Shown here piece after piece: positions 28,752 through 38,471 of a DNA stretch of 48,196 bases; positions within the stretch are counted from its first letter, which is position 1, and each line of letters begins with the position of its first letter. The position numbers and the translations under genes were made by a program. Origin of the DNA: Candidatus Micrarchaeota archaeon (GTDB taxonomy: Archaea; Micrarchaeota; Micrarchaeia; Micrarchaeales; CABMGC01); contig CAYQOG010000003.1 of assembly GCA_964419095.1 (NCBI GenBank), positions 1 to 48,196 on the forward strand, in the 5' to 3' direction. The notes below the pieces were generated by a model. It saw nothing but the letters and a program-made list of their open reading frames with translations, did not search any database and was not told where the DNA came from.

Positions 28752-29984
28752 ATGCTCATCGACAAGTACAATCCTTTTACGCTCAATGCGCTAATTGGCA
28801 ATGGCCTGGCAATCGATAAGCTGAACCAGTTCGGACTTGACGCCTTAGCGGGGAAACATACCCGCGCAATAATGATCTGCGGGCCTTCAGGTACGGGAAA
28901 GACCACTGCTGCAAGGGCGATAGCCTATACAAATGGGTTCGAAGTGCTGGAGCTCAACTCCAGCGATTACAGGGACGCTGAAACGATGGAGAAAAAGGTC
29001 CTCCCTGCCTCTATGACCCGCGGATTGTTCAACAAGAAAGTGCTGATACTATTTGATGAGATAGACGAACTTTCCGCAAAGTTCGACGCAGGCGCCGAGC
29101 GCGTGATACTCCAGCTTATCAACAAATCAAAGCAGCCTGTCGTATTCACTGCGAATGATTACTGGGACAGGAAGATCGCCTTCCTAAGGAATCACGTGGA
29201 AAAGATAGACTTCAAGCGCGCAGGTAAGACGGAGGTGCTCGATCATCTGAAGAGGATACAGGAGAAGGAAGGCAAGTCCGTAAGCAGCGAGATACTGGAA
29301 GAGATAGTCAAGAGGAGCAACGGCGATATAAGGGGAGCGCTCAATGACCTTGAGATGATGTTTGGCGCAAAGCCGGAATTGATAGAATCGCTCTCAATTA
29401 GGGACAGGAAGATGGAGATATTCTCCGTTCTTGACAAGATATTCCTCTCAGGAAACTTCGAGAGGGCCAGGCATGCGGCCGCAAGCAGCGACGTAGATAT
29501 GAGCATGCTGATAAACTGGGTCGACGAGAACATACCTGTAAGATATTTGTCCAAGGGAGGGAGGAAGAATTCCTACCAATACCTCTCAAAGGCGAGCGCA
29601 TTCTACGAGAACGCCTCGCGCTCCAATTACTATGGATACATGAGGTATTCTTCGGTGCTCCTTTCCGCAGGGGTGGCAGTCGCAAGCACCGGGGATGTGA
29701 GCATGATCAACAGGTATGCGTTCCCCGCAAACATACAGTATCTCAGCAAGGTGAAGAAGGGCAAGGAGGCCTTGAACAAGATAGCCATGAAGCTGGCCAA
29801 GACGGTCCATGCGAACAGGAAGGACATAATCAAGGGAAGCCTCCCGGTAATCTACGCCATGATGGAACAGGCGCGGAAGGAGATAGGCGACGAGGCAGTG
29901 GCAGACTTCATGGCAAGGACCTATGATTTTGACGAGAAGGACCTGGAGGCCATTGCAGAGCACTACAGGTTCACGCAGAGCTGA
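28752..29984 (+). CDS. rfcL: Replication factor C large subunit
   Basis: DKYNP, GPSGTGKT, LELNSSDYR, DEID, TAND, GDIRGALNDL, WVDEN. Confidence 0.93.
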   Translation: MLIDKYNPFTLNALIGNGLAIDKLNQFGLDALAGKHTRAIMICGPSGTGKTTAARAIAYTNGFEVLELNSSDYRDAETMEKKVLPASMTRGLFNKKVLILFDEIDELSAKFDAGAERVILQLINKSKQPVVFTANDYWDRKIAFLRNHVEKIDFKRAGKTEVLDHLKRIQEKEGKSVSSEILEEIVKRSNGDIRGALNDLEMMFGAKPELIESLSIRDRKMEIFSVLDKIFLSGNFERARHAAASSDVDMSMLINWVDENIPVRYLSKGGRKNSYQYLSKASAFYENASRSNYYGYMRYSSVLLSAGVAVASTGDVSMINRYAFPANIQYLSKVKKGKEALNKIAMKLAKTVHANRKDIIKGSLPVIYAMMEQARKEIGDEAVADFMARTYDFDEKDLEAIAEHYRFTQS

Positions 29985-31611
29985 TTTCAAGCTCCATTGC
30001 GACAGTAGGCTCCTCTATGCCGAATGAATTGAGCACTTCAGGGTGCACCTCGCCGAAGAATCCGATTTCCTTTCCGTTGAGAGTTACCTTTGCGCATCTG
30101 CCTTCAATGAAACTTCTGTGGTAATGCGCCTCTACCTTGCACTGAATGCGCATCCTATCCGCAAGGGATTCGAATATCGATTTTATTGAATTGAAGTTCG
30201 CCTTCGGATTCGTTGAGACAGCGGCAAGGTGGTGCGATTCCTTTGGTTTCTTTGACTTCAGGGTGAATGCCATGTCCAGTTCGAAGGCATTGAGCGGCGT
30301 CTTCTCGTTCAATGAGAGCGCTATGTCCTTTAGCAGCGATGGAATGAGCCATGTCCTCATTATGGTTATTGACTCGGATTTAGGATTTCTTATCTTCACG
30401 GCTGACTTGTCATTCTCAAGCCTCATGTCCGAGAAATTTGTCTTTTCGTTTGTAAGGTATGAGTTCATCAGCTGGTTGAATCCCAGGCCTATCATAATCT
30501 CCGACACTTTTGACCTGTATATCGTCTCGCTGTCAAGCGTACCGGTCTGCGTTGCCTTTATTGCGACCGGCTGTATGTAATCGTATCCGTATGCTATCGC
30601 GATGTCCTCGACTATGTCCTGCTCGTTGATCACGTCAAGCCTGTATGCAGGAACGATGAATCGGATCTTTTTGCCCAAGATCGCAGCCTCGTAGCCCATC
30701 TTTGCTGCCAAAGAAGCGACATTGTTGCTTCCTATTGCGACCCCTATCTCGCTCTCTATAAGTTTTGTAGGAGTCTGGATCTCGTGCTCGGCCATGACCG
30801 GCGTGCGCACTCCCTTTTCAGGATAGTTTATCTGCACGACCTTCACATCCCCGCCCATGTCGATGAAAATCGACGCGAGCATGTCGGCAGTCTTGTTTAT
30901 CATGTATTCCGACGGTCCGGTTACATCGACCAGGACATTCTTTGTTGAGACGCTTACCTTGGTGCGCTCTGAATTGAGCACAGGTATCAGCGCGAGGGTT
31001 CCCTGCGAATCCTTCAATGCAGGGTAGACTCTTCCTTTGCCCGACGGTATTGTGCCGGAGTACTTGATTCCTTTCTCTGTGCTTTTCAACACTTCTTCGT
31101 ATGTCATCTCCGTCTTTGAGTTGAGCGGCAGGTATGACTCATTTGCATATGCGTCGTAATAGAGCGGTGCCTTTATCGCATCGAGGTTGTGCATGCCAAT
31201 TGCAATCTTCTTCCTTGCCCTTCCATACGTCTCGGTGAATTTGTCCATCGAACTGAGAAGTTCGGTAAGCGACTCATTAGTGAAATGCATTCCAAGTACT
31301 ACGAATGACGCTATGCATTGCCTAACTTTCCTTGCATCCTTCCCTACATTTATCTCGAGCATCGGCTCGGGGTCCTTTACGCTGTAATGGTATCTCTTGA
31401 TCTTGTGCGAGTAGAGCGACACGGCCCTTGCAAACCCTGCAGCGCTTACGAGATCCGGTCGGTTTGAGGTTATCTCGACGCTTATCTCATCCTTGTCGAC
31501 CTTCTCAACGTTGATTCCGAACTTGCCTATCTCATCGACAAGCTTGTCCTCATCGACGTCTCCCCCCAGAAGGTGCATCAGGTATTTCTTGTTGAACGTA
31601 ACCATTGGCAT
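29971..31611 (-). CDS. pheT: Phenylalanyl-tRNA synthetase beta subunit
   Basis: NRPDL, AIGMHN, PAYRLD, DIVEDIAIAYGY, GEVHPEVL. Confidence 0.95.
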   Translation of the reverse strand: MPMVTFNKKYLMHLLGGDVDEDKLVDEIGKFGINVEKVDKDEISVEITSNRPDLVSAAGFARAVSLYSHKIKRYHYSVKDPEPMLEINVGKDARKVRQCIASFVVLGMHFTNESLTELLSSMDKFTETYGRARKKIAIGMHNLDAIKAPLYYDAYANESYLPLNSKTEMTYEEVLKSTEKGIKYSGTIPSGKGRVYPALKDSQGTLALIPVLNSERTKVSVSTKNVLVDVTGPSEYMINKTADMLASIFIDMGGDVKVVQINYPEKGVRTPVMAEHEIQTPTKLIESEIGVAIGSNNVASLAAKMGYEAAILGKKIRFIVPAYRLDVINEQDIVEDIAIAYGYDYIQPVAIKATQTGTLDSETIYRSKVSEIMIGLGFNQLMNSYLTNEKTNFSDMRLENDKSAVKIRNPKSESITIMRTWLIPSLLKDIALSLNEKTPLNAFELDMAFTLKSKKPKESHHLAAVSTNPKANFNSIKSIFESLADRMRIQCKVEAHYHRSFIEGRCAKVTLNGKEIGFFGEVHPEVLNSFGIEEPTVAMELEISSA

Positions 31612-31615
31612 AGAA

Positions 31616-33100
31616 TCACATCATCTTCCTGTTCCTCAGCCATCCGAGCCCGTTGTTGTAGAGCTCTGTGATGCTGTTTACGTTGCCATTAGGTCGGATC
31701 ATCATGAGCCTCTCCACGGATACGCCCCATGCAAGGACGGAGAGGTCCTTTCTCTTCATTCCTGTTATCTCCCTCCTCAGGATGCCTGCGCCGCCTATCT
31801 CTATCCACTCATTTCGCTCCTTTGAGAAGACGTATATCTCAACGCCCGGTTCCACGAAAGGGAAGTATGCGGGCTTGAATTTTATCTCGCTTCCTATCCA
31901 CGCGTATAGCCTTATGAGTATGTCGAAGAGATTCGCAAAGGTGAGGTTCTTCCCTATCACAGCTCCGTCAGTCTGCTGGAAGTCGGCAAGGTGCCTGTAG
32001 TCCACGTTCTCGTTCCTGAAGACGCGGCCGAGGGAGAAGAGCTTTATCGGGAACTCGTATTTCTTGCTGGTGAGGTTTGAGAGCATCTCGTAGAGATATC
32101 TCACGGAAACGCTGGTCATGTGGGTTCGCAGCACAGGTTCCATTGCTGTATCTATGTCCCACTTGTAGTGCCATCCCTGCGTATGGGCTTTCTTCACCTT
32201 GTTTATGTATTCCTTGCTCTTGATCTCCTGGGCCTCCACATCTTCCAGGTAAAAAGTATCCTGGGTATCGCGCGCGGGATGGTCCTGCGGCTGGAAGAGC
32301 GAATCGAAGACCCAGAAGGCAGAGTCGATGACAGGTCCCGATACTTCCGTGAATCCGTTTGAAGTATACGCGCGCCTTATGTCATCAATATTTTGCGCCA
32401 GCGGATGTTTCATTGCCGGAATTGCTTTCTCCACAGGCACATTGACATCGTAGCCCTTGAACTTGACGCCGTTCCAAGCCTTTCCTGCTATTGCGCTCTT
32501 GGTCAGTGCGCCAATCCCTTCATCTTCAACATCAGTCTTTGCCATTGCGCCCTTCTGCGTTATGCTTATCCTTGCCACTGAGCTCTTCTTCTTGGTCTCT
32601 ATAAGACCGCGCTTTGCGAGTTCTGCGAGTTCTGCGGCGCTGGATCTCGTAAGCGATGGATATGAATGAGAATCCTTTGCAAGTTCCTTGAGGACTTTCT
32701 CTTCGGGAAGACCTTTTTCGAATACGTGGACGCCCTTCTCTGCAAGAAGCACCTTGCCGTCCTGTATTACTATGAGTCCTTTCTGCTTTGCCCATTGGAG
32801 GCCTATGCGCTCTTCATCGCTCTTGAGTGATCTTATTTCAACAGTACCTTCCTTCAGCCTTGCAAGTAGCCTTGCTTCAGGAAGCGCGCTTACCGAATAC
32901 TCCTTTCCCTCCTTTGTCAGTGAGACTTCTGTGGAGTCTTCCCGCTGAAGTTCAACGTATCCGTTCTGGCTCAGGCTTTCAAGAGTCCAGAGCGCTTCGT
33001 CACGCCCGAGCCCTGATTTTGCAAGGAGGTCTGAAAAACCCATCGGCTTGCCTCCCCTCAACGCATCAAGCACTAATCTTTCGTATCTGTGCAAAACCAC
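31616..33100 (-). CDS. pheS: Phenylalanyl-tRNA synthetase alpha subunit
   Basis: PQDHPARDTQDTF, LRTH, VFRNE, YFPFVEP. Confidence 0.96.
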   Translation of the reverse strand: MVLHRYERLVLDALRGGKPMGFSDLLAKSGLGRDEALWTLESLSQNGYVELQREDSTEVSLTKEGKEYSVSALPEARLLARLKEGTVEIRSLKSDEERIGLQWAKQKGLIVIQDGKVLLAEKGVHVFEKGLPEEKVLKELAKDSHSYPSLTRSSAAELAELAKRGLIETKKKSSVARISITQKGAMAKTDVEDEGIGALTKSAIAGKAWNGVKFKGYDVNVPVEKAIPAMKHPLAQNIDDIRRAYTSNGFTEVSGPVIDSAFWVFDSLFQPQDHPARDTQDTFYLEDVEAQEIKSKEYINKVKKAHTQGWHYKWDIDTAMEPVLRTHMTSVSVRYLYEMLSNLTSKKYEFPIKLFSLGRVFRNENVDYRHLADFQQTDGAVIGKNLTFANLFDILIRLYAWIGSEIKFKPAYFPFVEPGVEIYVFSKERNEWIEIGGAGILRREITGMKRKDLSVLAWGVSVERLMMIRPNGNVNSITELYNNGLGWLRNRKMM

Positions 33101-33103
33101 ACC

Positions 33104-33886
33104 TTACTCCGGCGCCAGGAACTTCAGGTAGACATAGGCTACGAATACTCCGACGATCATCACTCCGAGCAGGTAGAGAAGAGGCCTGTAGTTTCTGTAT
33201 ATGTTCGTGAAATATGCAAGCACCTCCTCCTGCGGTGACTGCGCGACTATGTACGAGAATGCGAAGCTGTTCAGCGGCTCCTGCGAATACCATGAGAAGA
33301 CTGTAGTGTTGGCATAGCTTCCCACGAAATTGGGCTTGGGGGTGTCGGGAAGCGGATAGAGCGCCACTATCTGGGAGTTCTTCGGTACCACGAAATTGAG
33401 CCGCTCGAGCTGCGCGAGCTCCTGACCGCTTGCAGTATGCTCGAAGTTGAGCACAGAGTCATTGAACACGTACTCGAACTTCCTCGGCGCTATCTCGTTT
33501 ACCGTTGTTACATTGTATACGTCATAGCTGAGTATGAGGTCTGATGCGCCTCCCTGCGAGGTGAGTATCAGCGCGGCGGGAAGGAATGTGAGATTGATAG
33601 CTCCACTCTTCGGGTTGAGTATGTGTTCCGTGAGAAGGGGCGTGTTGAGAAGCTGCTGCCAGTCGCTTATGCTGAGGTTGTAGGCGCCCCTGCTCGCCTC
33701 ATATTGGCTTATGGAGGATTTGCTGATGAAGACGCTGAAAGTTTCAATCACGCGTGCGCTTGTGCTGCCGTTGAGTATCACAGTCGTGTTGATTGCGGTG
33801 ATGTTGTATGATGCAGACGCAAACCCGAGCGGAAGCATGGCTAGCAAGGCAACGATTAGGATCTGCAGCCTTTGAATGCGCATCAC
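33104..33886 (-). CDS. Secreted, membrane-anchored hypothetical protein
   Basis: N-terminal signal peptide, beta-rich body, C-terminal TM. Confidence 0.75.
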   Translation of the reverse strand: MMRIQRLQILIVALLAMLPLGFASASYNITAINTTVILNGSTSARVIETFSVFISKSSISQYEASRGAYNLSISDWQQLLNTPLLTEHILNPKSGAINLTFLPAALILTSQGGASDLILSYDVYNVTTVNEIAPRKFEYVFNDSVLNFEHTASGQELAQLERLNFVVPKNSQIVALYPLPDTPKPNFVGSYANTTVFSWYSQEPLNSFAFSYIVAQSPQEEVLAYFTNIYRNYRPLLYLLGVMIVGVFVAYVYLKFLAPE

Positions 33887-34075
33887 ATTACTCTGTTGAA
33901 TATAAGCATTTAAAGGTTATGAGAAGCAGTTTGTCTGGAAAATCAGGGTTTTGCAATTGTCAATAAAAAGGCCTCAAGAGGCCAAACATATGCTTATATA
34001 CCTTATCGGCAATACTATATCATTGTAAGACGATGCGATTCGCATCGTGTTTATTTCTGGCAAAGGTCGCATTTT

Positions 34076-34501
34076 ATGGCTTCAGAAAACGATAACAAAT
34101 TACTCGCAGTCATACGGGTCCGCGGGAGGATAGGCGTCAGGCGCGACATCAACGAGACGCTTAGGAGGCTCAATCTCAAGCATCCGAACAACATGGTGTT
34201 ACTTGCAGCCAACGAAAGCAACATGGGCATGATCAAGAAGTGCAACGACTTCGTAACCTATGGGGAAGTGGATGCTGCACTAGTGGAGAAGATACTTACA
34301 AAGAAGGGCCTCAAGGCGAGCAAGGAGGACATTGCAGCGATAACAAGCGGTCAGAAGGCTGCGAGGGAGGTTCTCGCAATGCCGATAAGGCTGCACCCCC
34401 CCACGCACGGCTATGAAGGAACCAAGGTCTCCTTCAGCAGGAAGGGAGCTCTGGGGTATAGGGGCGCTGCAATAAGCAAACTCCTCTCAAGAATGTCTTG
34501 A
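34076..34501 (+). CDS. rpl30: 50S ribosomal protein L30 (uL30)
   Basis: LAVIRVRG, TLRRLNL, VTYGE, RLHPPTHG, GALGYRG. Confidence 0.94.
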   Translation: MASENDNKLLAVIRVRGRIGVRRDINETLRRLNLKHPNNMVLLAANESNMGMIKKCNDFVTYGEVDAALVEKILTKKGLKASKEDIAAITSGQKAAREVLAMPIRLHPPTHGYEGTKVSFSRKGALGYRGAAISKLLSRMS

Positions 34502-34508
34502 TGATTTT

Positions 34509-34907
34509 ATGGTACTAAGGACAAAGAAGAACAGGAAGTTCCTCGGTTCAAGGACGTGGGGCTGGGGAAACAAGAAGAACAACAGGGGCAGCGGCGCGCG
34601 GGGAGGAGTTGGGAGGGGGGGCAGGAAGAGCAAGTGGACCTATACCGTGAAATACGACAAGGAGAGGATACACACCCCGGGATTCGTGATGCCGCGAAGA
34701 GTCGTGCTCGATGAGATCAGCCTTGACAAGATCTCAGATATTGCAGAGGAGATGAAGGAGGAGAAGCCTACTGTTGAATTGAGAGGCTATAAGGTCCTCT
34801 CGAACGGCAGCCTCAGCAAGCCTGCAGTGATAAAGGCAATGGGCTTCACTGAAAAGGCAATGGAGAAGATAAAGCAGGCCGGAGGGGAAGCAGTCAAACT
34901 GGAATAA
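34509..34907 (+). CDS. rpl15: 50S ribosomal protein L15 (uL15)
   Basis: GSRTWGWG, RGSGARGGVG, YKVL, AMEKIKQAGG. Confidence 0.94.
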   Translation: MVLRTKKNRKFLGSRTWGWGNKKNNRGSGARGGVGRGGRKSKWTYTVKYDKERIHTPGFVMPRRVVLDEISLDKISDIAEEMKEEKPTVELRGYKVLSNGSLSKPAVIKAMGFTEKAMEKIKQAGGEAVKLE

Positions 34908-34934
34908 TCTCTATTATTCCGCCCGGGATATTTT

Positions 34935-36101
34935 ATGAAAAGCTTAAGGATCGCCTTTTACACTGATTCGTACTTGCCAGCAGTCGACGGCGTCGTCTCA
35001 TCAATGCTCAATTTCAAGGGCGAGCTTGAGCGAAGGGGCCACAAGGTCTACATATTCACAAGCGGCAGGCGCGGGCAGAGAAAGGAGAAGAACGTGATAG
35101 CGTATCCGGGTGTAAAGTTCCGACCTTATCCGCAATACAACGTGGCTCTCTTCCCATACAATTCAACATCGAAGCTGAAGGACCTTTCAATAGACATAAT
35201 ACATGCGCAGACGCCTTTCGTAATGGGGTTTGCGGGTCTTCTTGCCGCGAAGATAGGGCGGTATCCCATAACAAGCACATTCCACACCATGATAAACAAC
35301 AAGAGCGTCATCGAGGAATATTATCCGAGGAACAGGGGCCTCAAGGACCTCACGAAGAAATACCTCTGGATGTACACCAAGTTCTTCTACAGCAAGAGCA
35401 ATCTCACAATAGCCCCTACAAATTCAATACTCCAGTACCTTGCACAGCACGGAATAAGGAACACGCAGGTTGTGCCTAACAGCGTCGATACCAAGTCTTT
35501 CAGCGAAAAAGTCGGCGGGAACGGCGTCAGATCAAAACTCCATATCAAGGACAAGGAGAAGATGGTGCTTTACCTAGGAAGGATGAGCCGCGAGAAGCGT
35601 CTCGACGTCATGCTAAAGGCATGCAAAGTCCTAGTGAAGAAAGGGGAGAAGGTAAAATTCGTCTTCGGGGGCCATGGACCTTCCGAGGAATACTACAAGA
35701 ACCTTGCGCTCAGGCTCGGGATACAGGATCACGTGACCTTTATGGGCTTCGTGGACAAGAAGACGCTGCCCCATCTCTACGCGGCTGCCGACGCCTTCTG
35801 CATGCCCTCAACCTTTGAGACCCAGGGGATAGTATGCCTTGAGGCGATGGCGAGCGGGAAGCCGGTCATAGGCGCGGATTACCTCGCGCTGAAGGACCTG
35901 ATAAAGAACGGGAAGAACGGGGAGCGCTTCGCCCCGGGCAATTATACCTCGTGTGCGAAGAAAATAGAAAGGGTTTTAAATAGTCCTGAGGCATATAGAA
36001 GGAATGCTATTGATACAGCAAGAGAATTCTCCGTGGAGAAGACGACCGATCGGCTGCTAGATGCTTATAATTTTGTCTTATCAAAATGGGCGATGTACTG
36101 A
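34935..36101 (+). CDS. GT4 family glycosyltransferase
   Basis: TDSYLPAVDGV, HAQTPF, LGRMSREK, ETQGIVCLEAMASG. Confidence 0.92.
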   Translation: MKSLRIAFYTDSYLPAVDGVVSSMLNFKGELERRGHKVYIFTSGRRGQRKEKNVIAYPGVKFRPYPQYNVALFPYNSTSKLKDLSIDIIHAQTPFVMGFAGLLAAKIGRYPITSTFHTMINNKSVIEEYYPRNRGLKDLTKKYLWMYTKFFYSKSNLTIAPTNSILQYLAQHGIRNTQVVPNSVDTKSFSEKVGGNGVRSKLHIKDKEKMVLYLGRMSREKRLDVMLKACKVLVKKGEKVKFVFGGHGPSEEYYKNLALRLGIQDHVTFMGFVDKKTLPHLYAAADAFCMPSTFETQGIVCLEAMASGKPVIGADYLALKDLIKNGKNGERFAPGNYTSCAKKIERVLNSPEAYRRNAIDTAREFSVEKTTDRLLDAYNFVLSKWAMY

Positions 36102-36775
36102 CTGAGGAAAGCGGAAGGAAAGAAAGCATAAATACACAACCTACAGCCGCAGCGCCTGCCAAGGCAGCTGCCCCCGCGCCTCATGCAAGCAGCCCTGAAA
36201 ACGCAAAGATGGACGAGATACGCAAGAGCATAGACGATGAGAAGAAGAAGATACCTCCGCTCATCGACAGCGTAAAGAGGGCAAGGCACAGGCTTTCATA
36301 CAAGCTTGCGGAGAGGGCCGCCGTTGCAAAGCTCGCGGCAGCGAGCAAGGACAACACCAAAGAGATAGGCTACCTGAGGAGGAGGAAGGAGAGCATGGAG
36401 TTCAGGATCGCCACAGAGGCATTCACGCTTGAGAAGGAGAAGGATCTTATAAGGAAGAAGAATGAGATAGAGGCGCAGTTGAATGATGCCTTGAAGAGCT
36501 ACAGGCTGAAGAGGAAAGTGCAGTACGTAGACAAGGACATAGAGGACCTCACGAAGAGCATACAGGAGATAGAATCGAAGATAGCCGAGGTTGACAGGAA
36601 GCTCGATGAACTATATTCGAATCTCAGGCACATGACAGGACAGATGCGCAGGGCAAGACCGCGACAGGAGAGGAAGGCCGTTGAGCCGAAGCAGGCGGAG
36701 ATAAGCCTTGCTGACATTGCGATCATAAAGGACAATACTTCTTCAAAACATAACGGAAACAATGACGGTGAGTGA
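36086..36775 (+). CDS. Coiled-coil protein
   Basis: Heptad-rich helices, EFRIATEAFTLEKEKDL motif. Confidence 0.75.
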   Translation: MGDVLTEESGRKESINTQPTAAAPAKAAAPAPHASSPENAKMDEIRKSIDDEKKKIPPLIDSVKRARHRLSYKLAERAAVAKLAAASKDNTKEIGYLRRRKESMEFRIATEAFTLEKEKDLIRKKNEIEAQLNDALKSYRLKRKVQYVDKDIEDLTKSIQEIESKIAEVDRKLDELYSNLRHMTGQMRRARPRQERKAVEPKQAEISLADIAIIKDNTSSKHNGNNDGE

Positions 36776-38091
36776 TTTTGAAGCTAACATTCTATGGCGC
36801 AGCTGGGGAAGTGGGAAGGAGCTGCATCATGGTTGAATCCAATGACACGCGAATACTTCTTGATGCAGGGATCAAACTCGGCGAGCAGATAGAGCTGCCA
36901 CTGATTCCGGACAGCGAGCTCAGGAAGGTTGACGGTATAGTCGTAAGCCATGCGCACCTGGACCACAGCGGATTCCTTCCGCACGTCTACAGCAACGGAT
37001 ACGACGGCTATATGTATGCTACAAAACCAACATTCGAGCTTACAAATGTACTCATAAGCGATTATATTCGCATCTCGAATCCTGAGAGCATAAAGAAGGA
37101 GGGCGTTGCAAAGATGATGAAGCGCGCCAAGCTCTTCGAGTATCACGAGGAGTTCAAGATAAAGAACCTCACGATAAAGCTGATTCCTGCGGGACACATT
37201 CTCGGCAGCGCCATGATAGAGGTGAGCGACGGGAGAAAGAGGCTGCTCTACACGGGCGACGTCAACTTCAGGAGCACGCGCCTCCTTGATGCGGCATACG
37301 TAGAGAATCTCAATGCGGATATACTGATAACCGAATCGACGTACGCGGGAGAGAAAGACATCTGGGAAGGAGAGAAGAAGGTTGCAGACGCGATGGTCGC
37401 GAGCATAAACGACACCCTGAAACAGGGAGGCAAGGTCATAATTCCGGCATTCGCAGTAGGAAGGGCGCAGGAGACCCTGCTTCTTCTCGACGACTACATG
37501 AGATCGGGCATACTTCCAAAAACTCCGATATACATGGATGGGATGATCGGCAAAGCCATGCGCATACACAGGCATAATGTGATTTACTGCAGGGACGAGC
37601 TGCAGAAGAGGATCCTCCTGAACGATGACGATCCTTTCAAGAGCAAGAACTTTAACAATGTGACCACGCGCCAGCAACGGAGCAGGATAATGGGCGGACA
37701 GGAGAACAGCATAGTGGTGACGACAAGCGGAATGATAACCGGAGGGCCGATAGTGAAGTACCTTGAGCTCTGCGGCAACGATCCTAAGAACAAGCTGATA
37801 CTTGTCGGTTATCAGGCCAAGGGAACGAAGGGAAGGCAGCTCCTGGAAGGTGCGAAGGAGATATTCCTGGAAGGGCACAAAGTCAGGATAAGTATGGCAG
37901 TGGAGCGATTCCATCTATCTGCACACGCGGACAGGAGGCAGCTCATGAGCTTCATAGGAAGGATACACGGGCTCAAGAATATATTCATAGTCCACGGAGA
38001 GCCGGGAAAGGCAAAGGAGTTTGCAGAAGCGTTGAGCGATAAGTACACCGCAGTCGCACCGGTAATAGGCAGCGATTACACAGTGGAGTAG
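36772..38091 (+). CDS. MBL-fold beta-CASP ribonuclease (CPSF-like, no KH domains)
   Basis: EVGRSC, SHAHLDH, AGHILG, YTGD, AVGRAQE, SAHAD, VHGE. Confidence 0.92.
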   Translation: MILKLTFYGAAGEVGRSCIMVESNDTRILLDAGIKLGEQIELPLIPDSELRKVDGIVVSHAHLDHSGFLPHVYSNGYDGYMYATKPTFELTNVLISDYIRISNPESIKKEGVAKMMKRAKLFEYHEEFKIKNLTIKLIPAGHILGSAMIEVSDGRKRLLYTGDVNFRSTRLLDAAYVENLNADILITESTYAGEKDIWEGEKKVADAMVASINDTLKQGGKVIIPAFAVGRAQETLLLLDDYMRSGILPKTPIYMDGMIGKAMRIHRHNVIYCRDELQKRILLNDDDPFKSKNFNNVTTRQQRSRIMGGQENSIVVTTSGMITGGPIVKYLELCGNDPKNKLILVGYQAKGTKGRQLLEGAKEIFLEGHKVRISMAVERFHLSAHADRRQLMSFIGRIHGLKNIFIVHGEPGKAKEFAEALSDKYTAVAPVIGSDYTVE

Positions 38092-38094
38092 CAT

Positions 38095-38388
38095 TTATCC
38101 TCTTTCTACCACGAACTTGTCATACTGTTTTGCATCTTTTGGAAAGCGGTCGTTTTCCTCTCCGAAAGTTTCAATGTGCCTGACCTGCGGTCCGTTAGGC
38201 ATGTCGACGCTTATCGCATCCTTGAAAAGTTCAAGCACATTCTCTTCTGCTTCTGCGACTATGTGCACGCTTCCGTCCTCCATGTTCTTCACCATGCCCT
38301 TAATCTTGTAACGTTCGGCGGCCCTTCTTACCAGATATCTGTACCCTACGCCCTGAACGAATCCATGCACAATCAGAAATACCTTCAT
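38095..38388 (-). CDS. acyP: Acylphosphatase
   Basis: VHGFVQGVGYR, GMVKNMEDGSV. Confidence 0.92.
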   Translation of the reverse strand: MKVFLIVHGFVQGVGYRYLVRRAAERYKIKGMVKNMEDGSVHIVAEAEENVLELFKDAISVDMPNGPQVRHIETFGEENDRFPKDAKQYDKFVVERG

Positions 38389-38471
38389 GCTCACAGCTTT
38401 ATGCGACAAACTATTATAATGTTGGCTGCATAAAGTCTTCAATTCTGATTTCTCTTTGTAAGTGATGCGCT

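Noticed and set aside
33970-33983. GGCCTC-AA-GAGGCC palindrome between divergent promoters
   Set aside because: A 6-bp arm is expected by chance; no supporting context.
36784-37914. 376-aa antisense ORF, and similar shadow ORFs over ftsZ, suf, rps13 and others
   Set aside because: Lies opposite well-supported genes and has no motifs.
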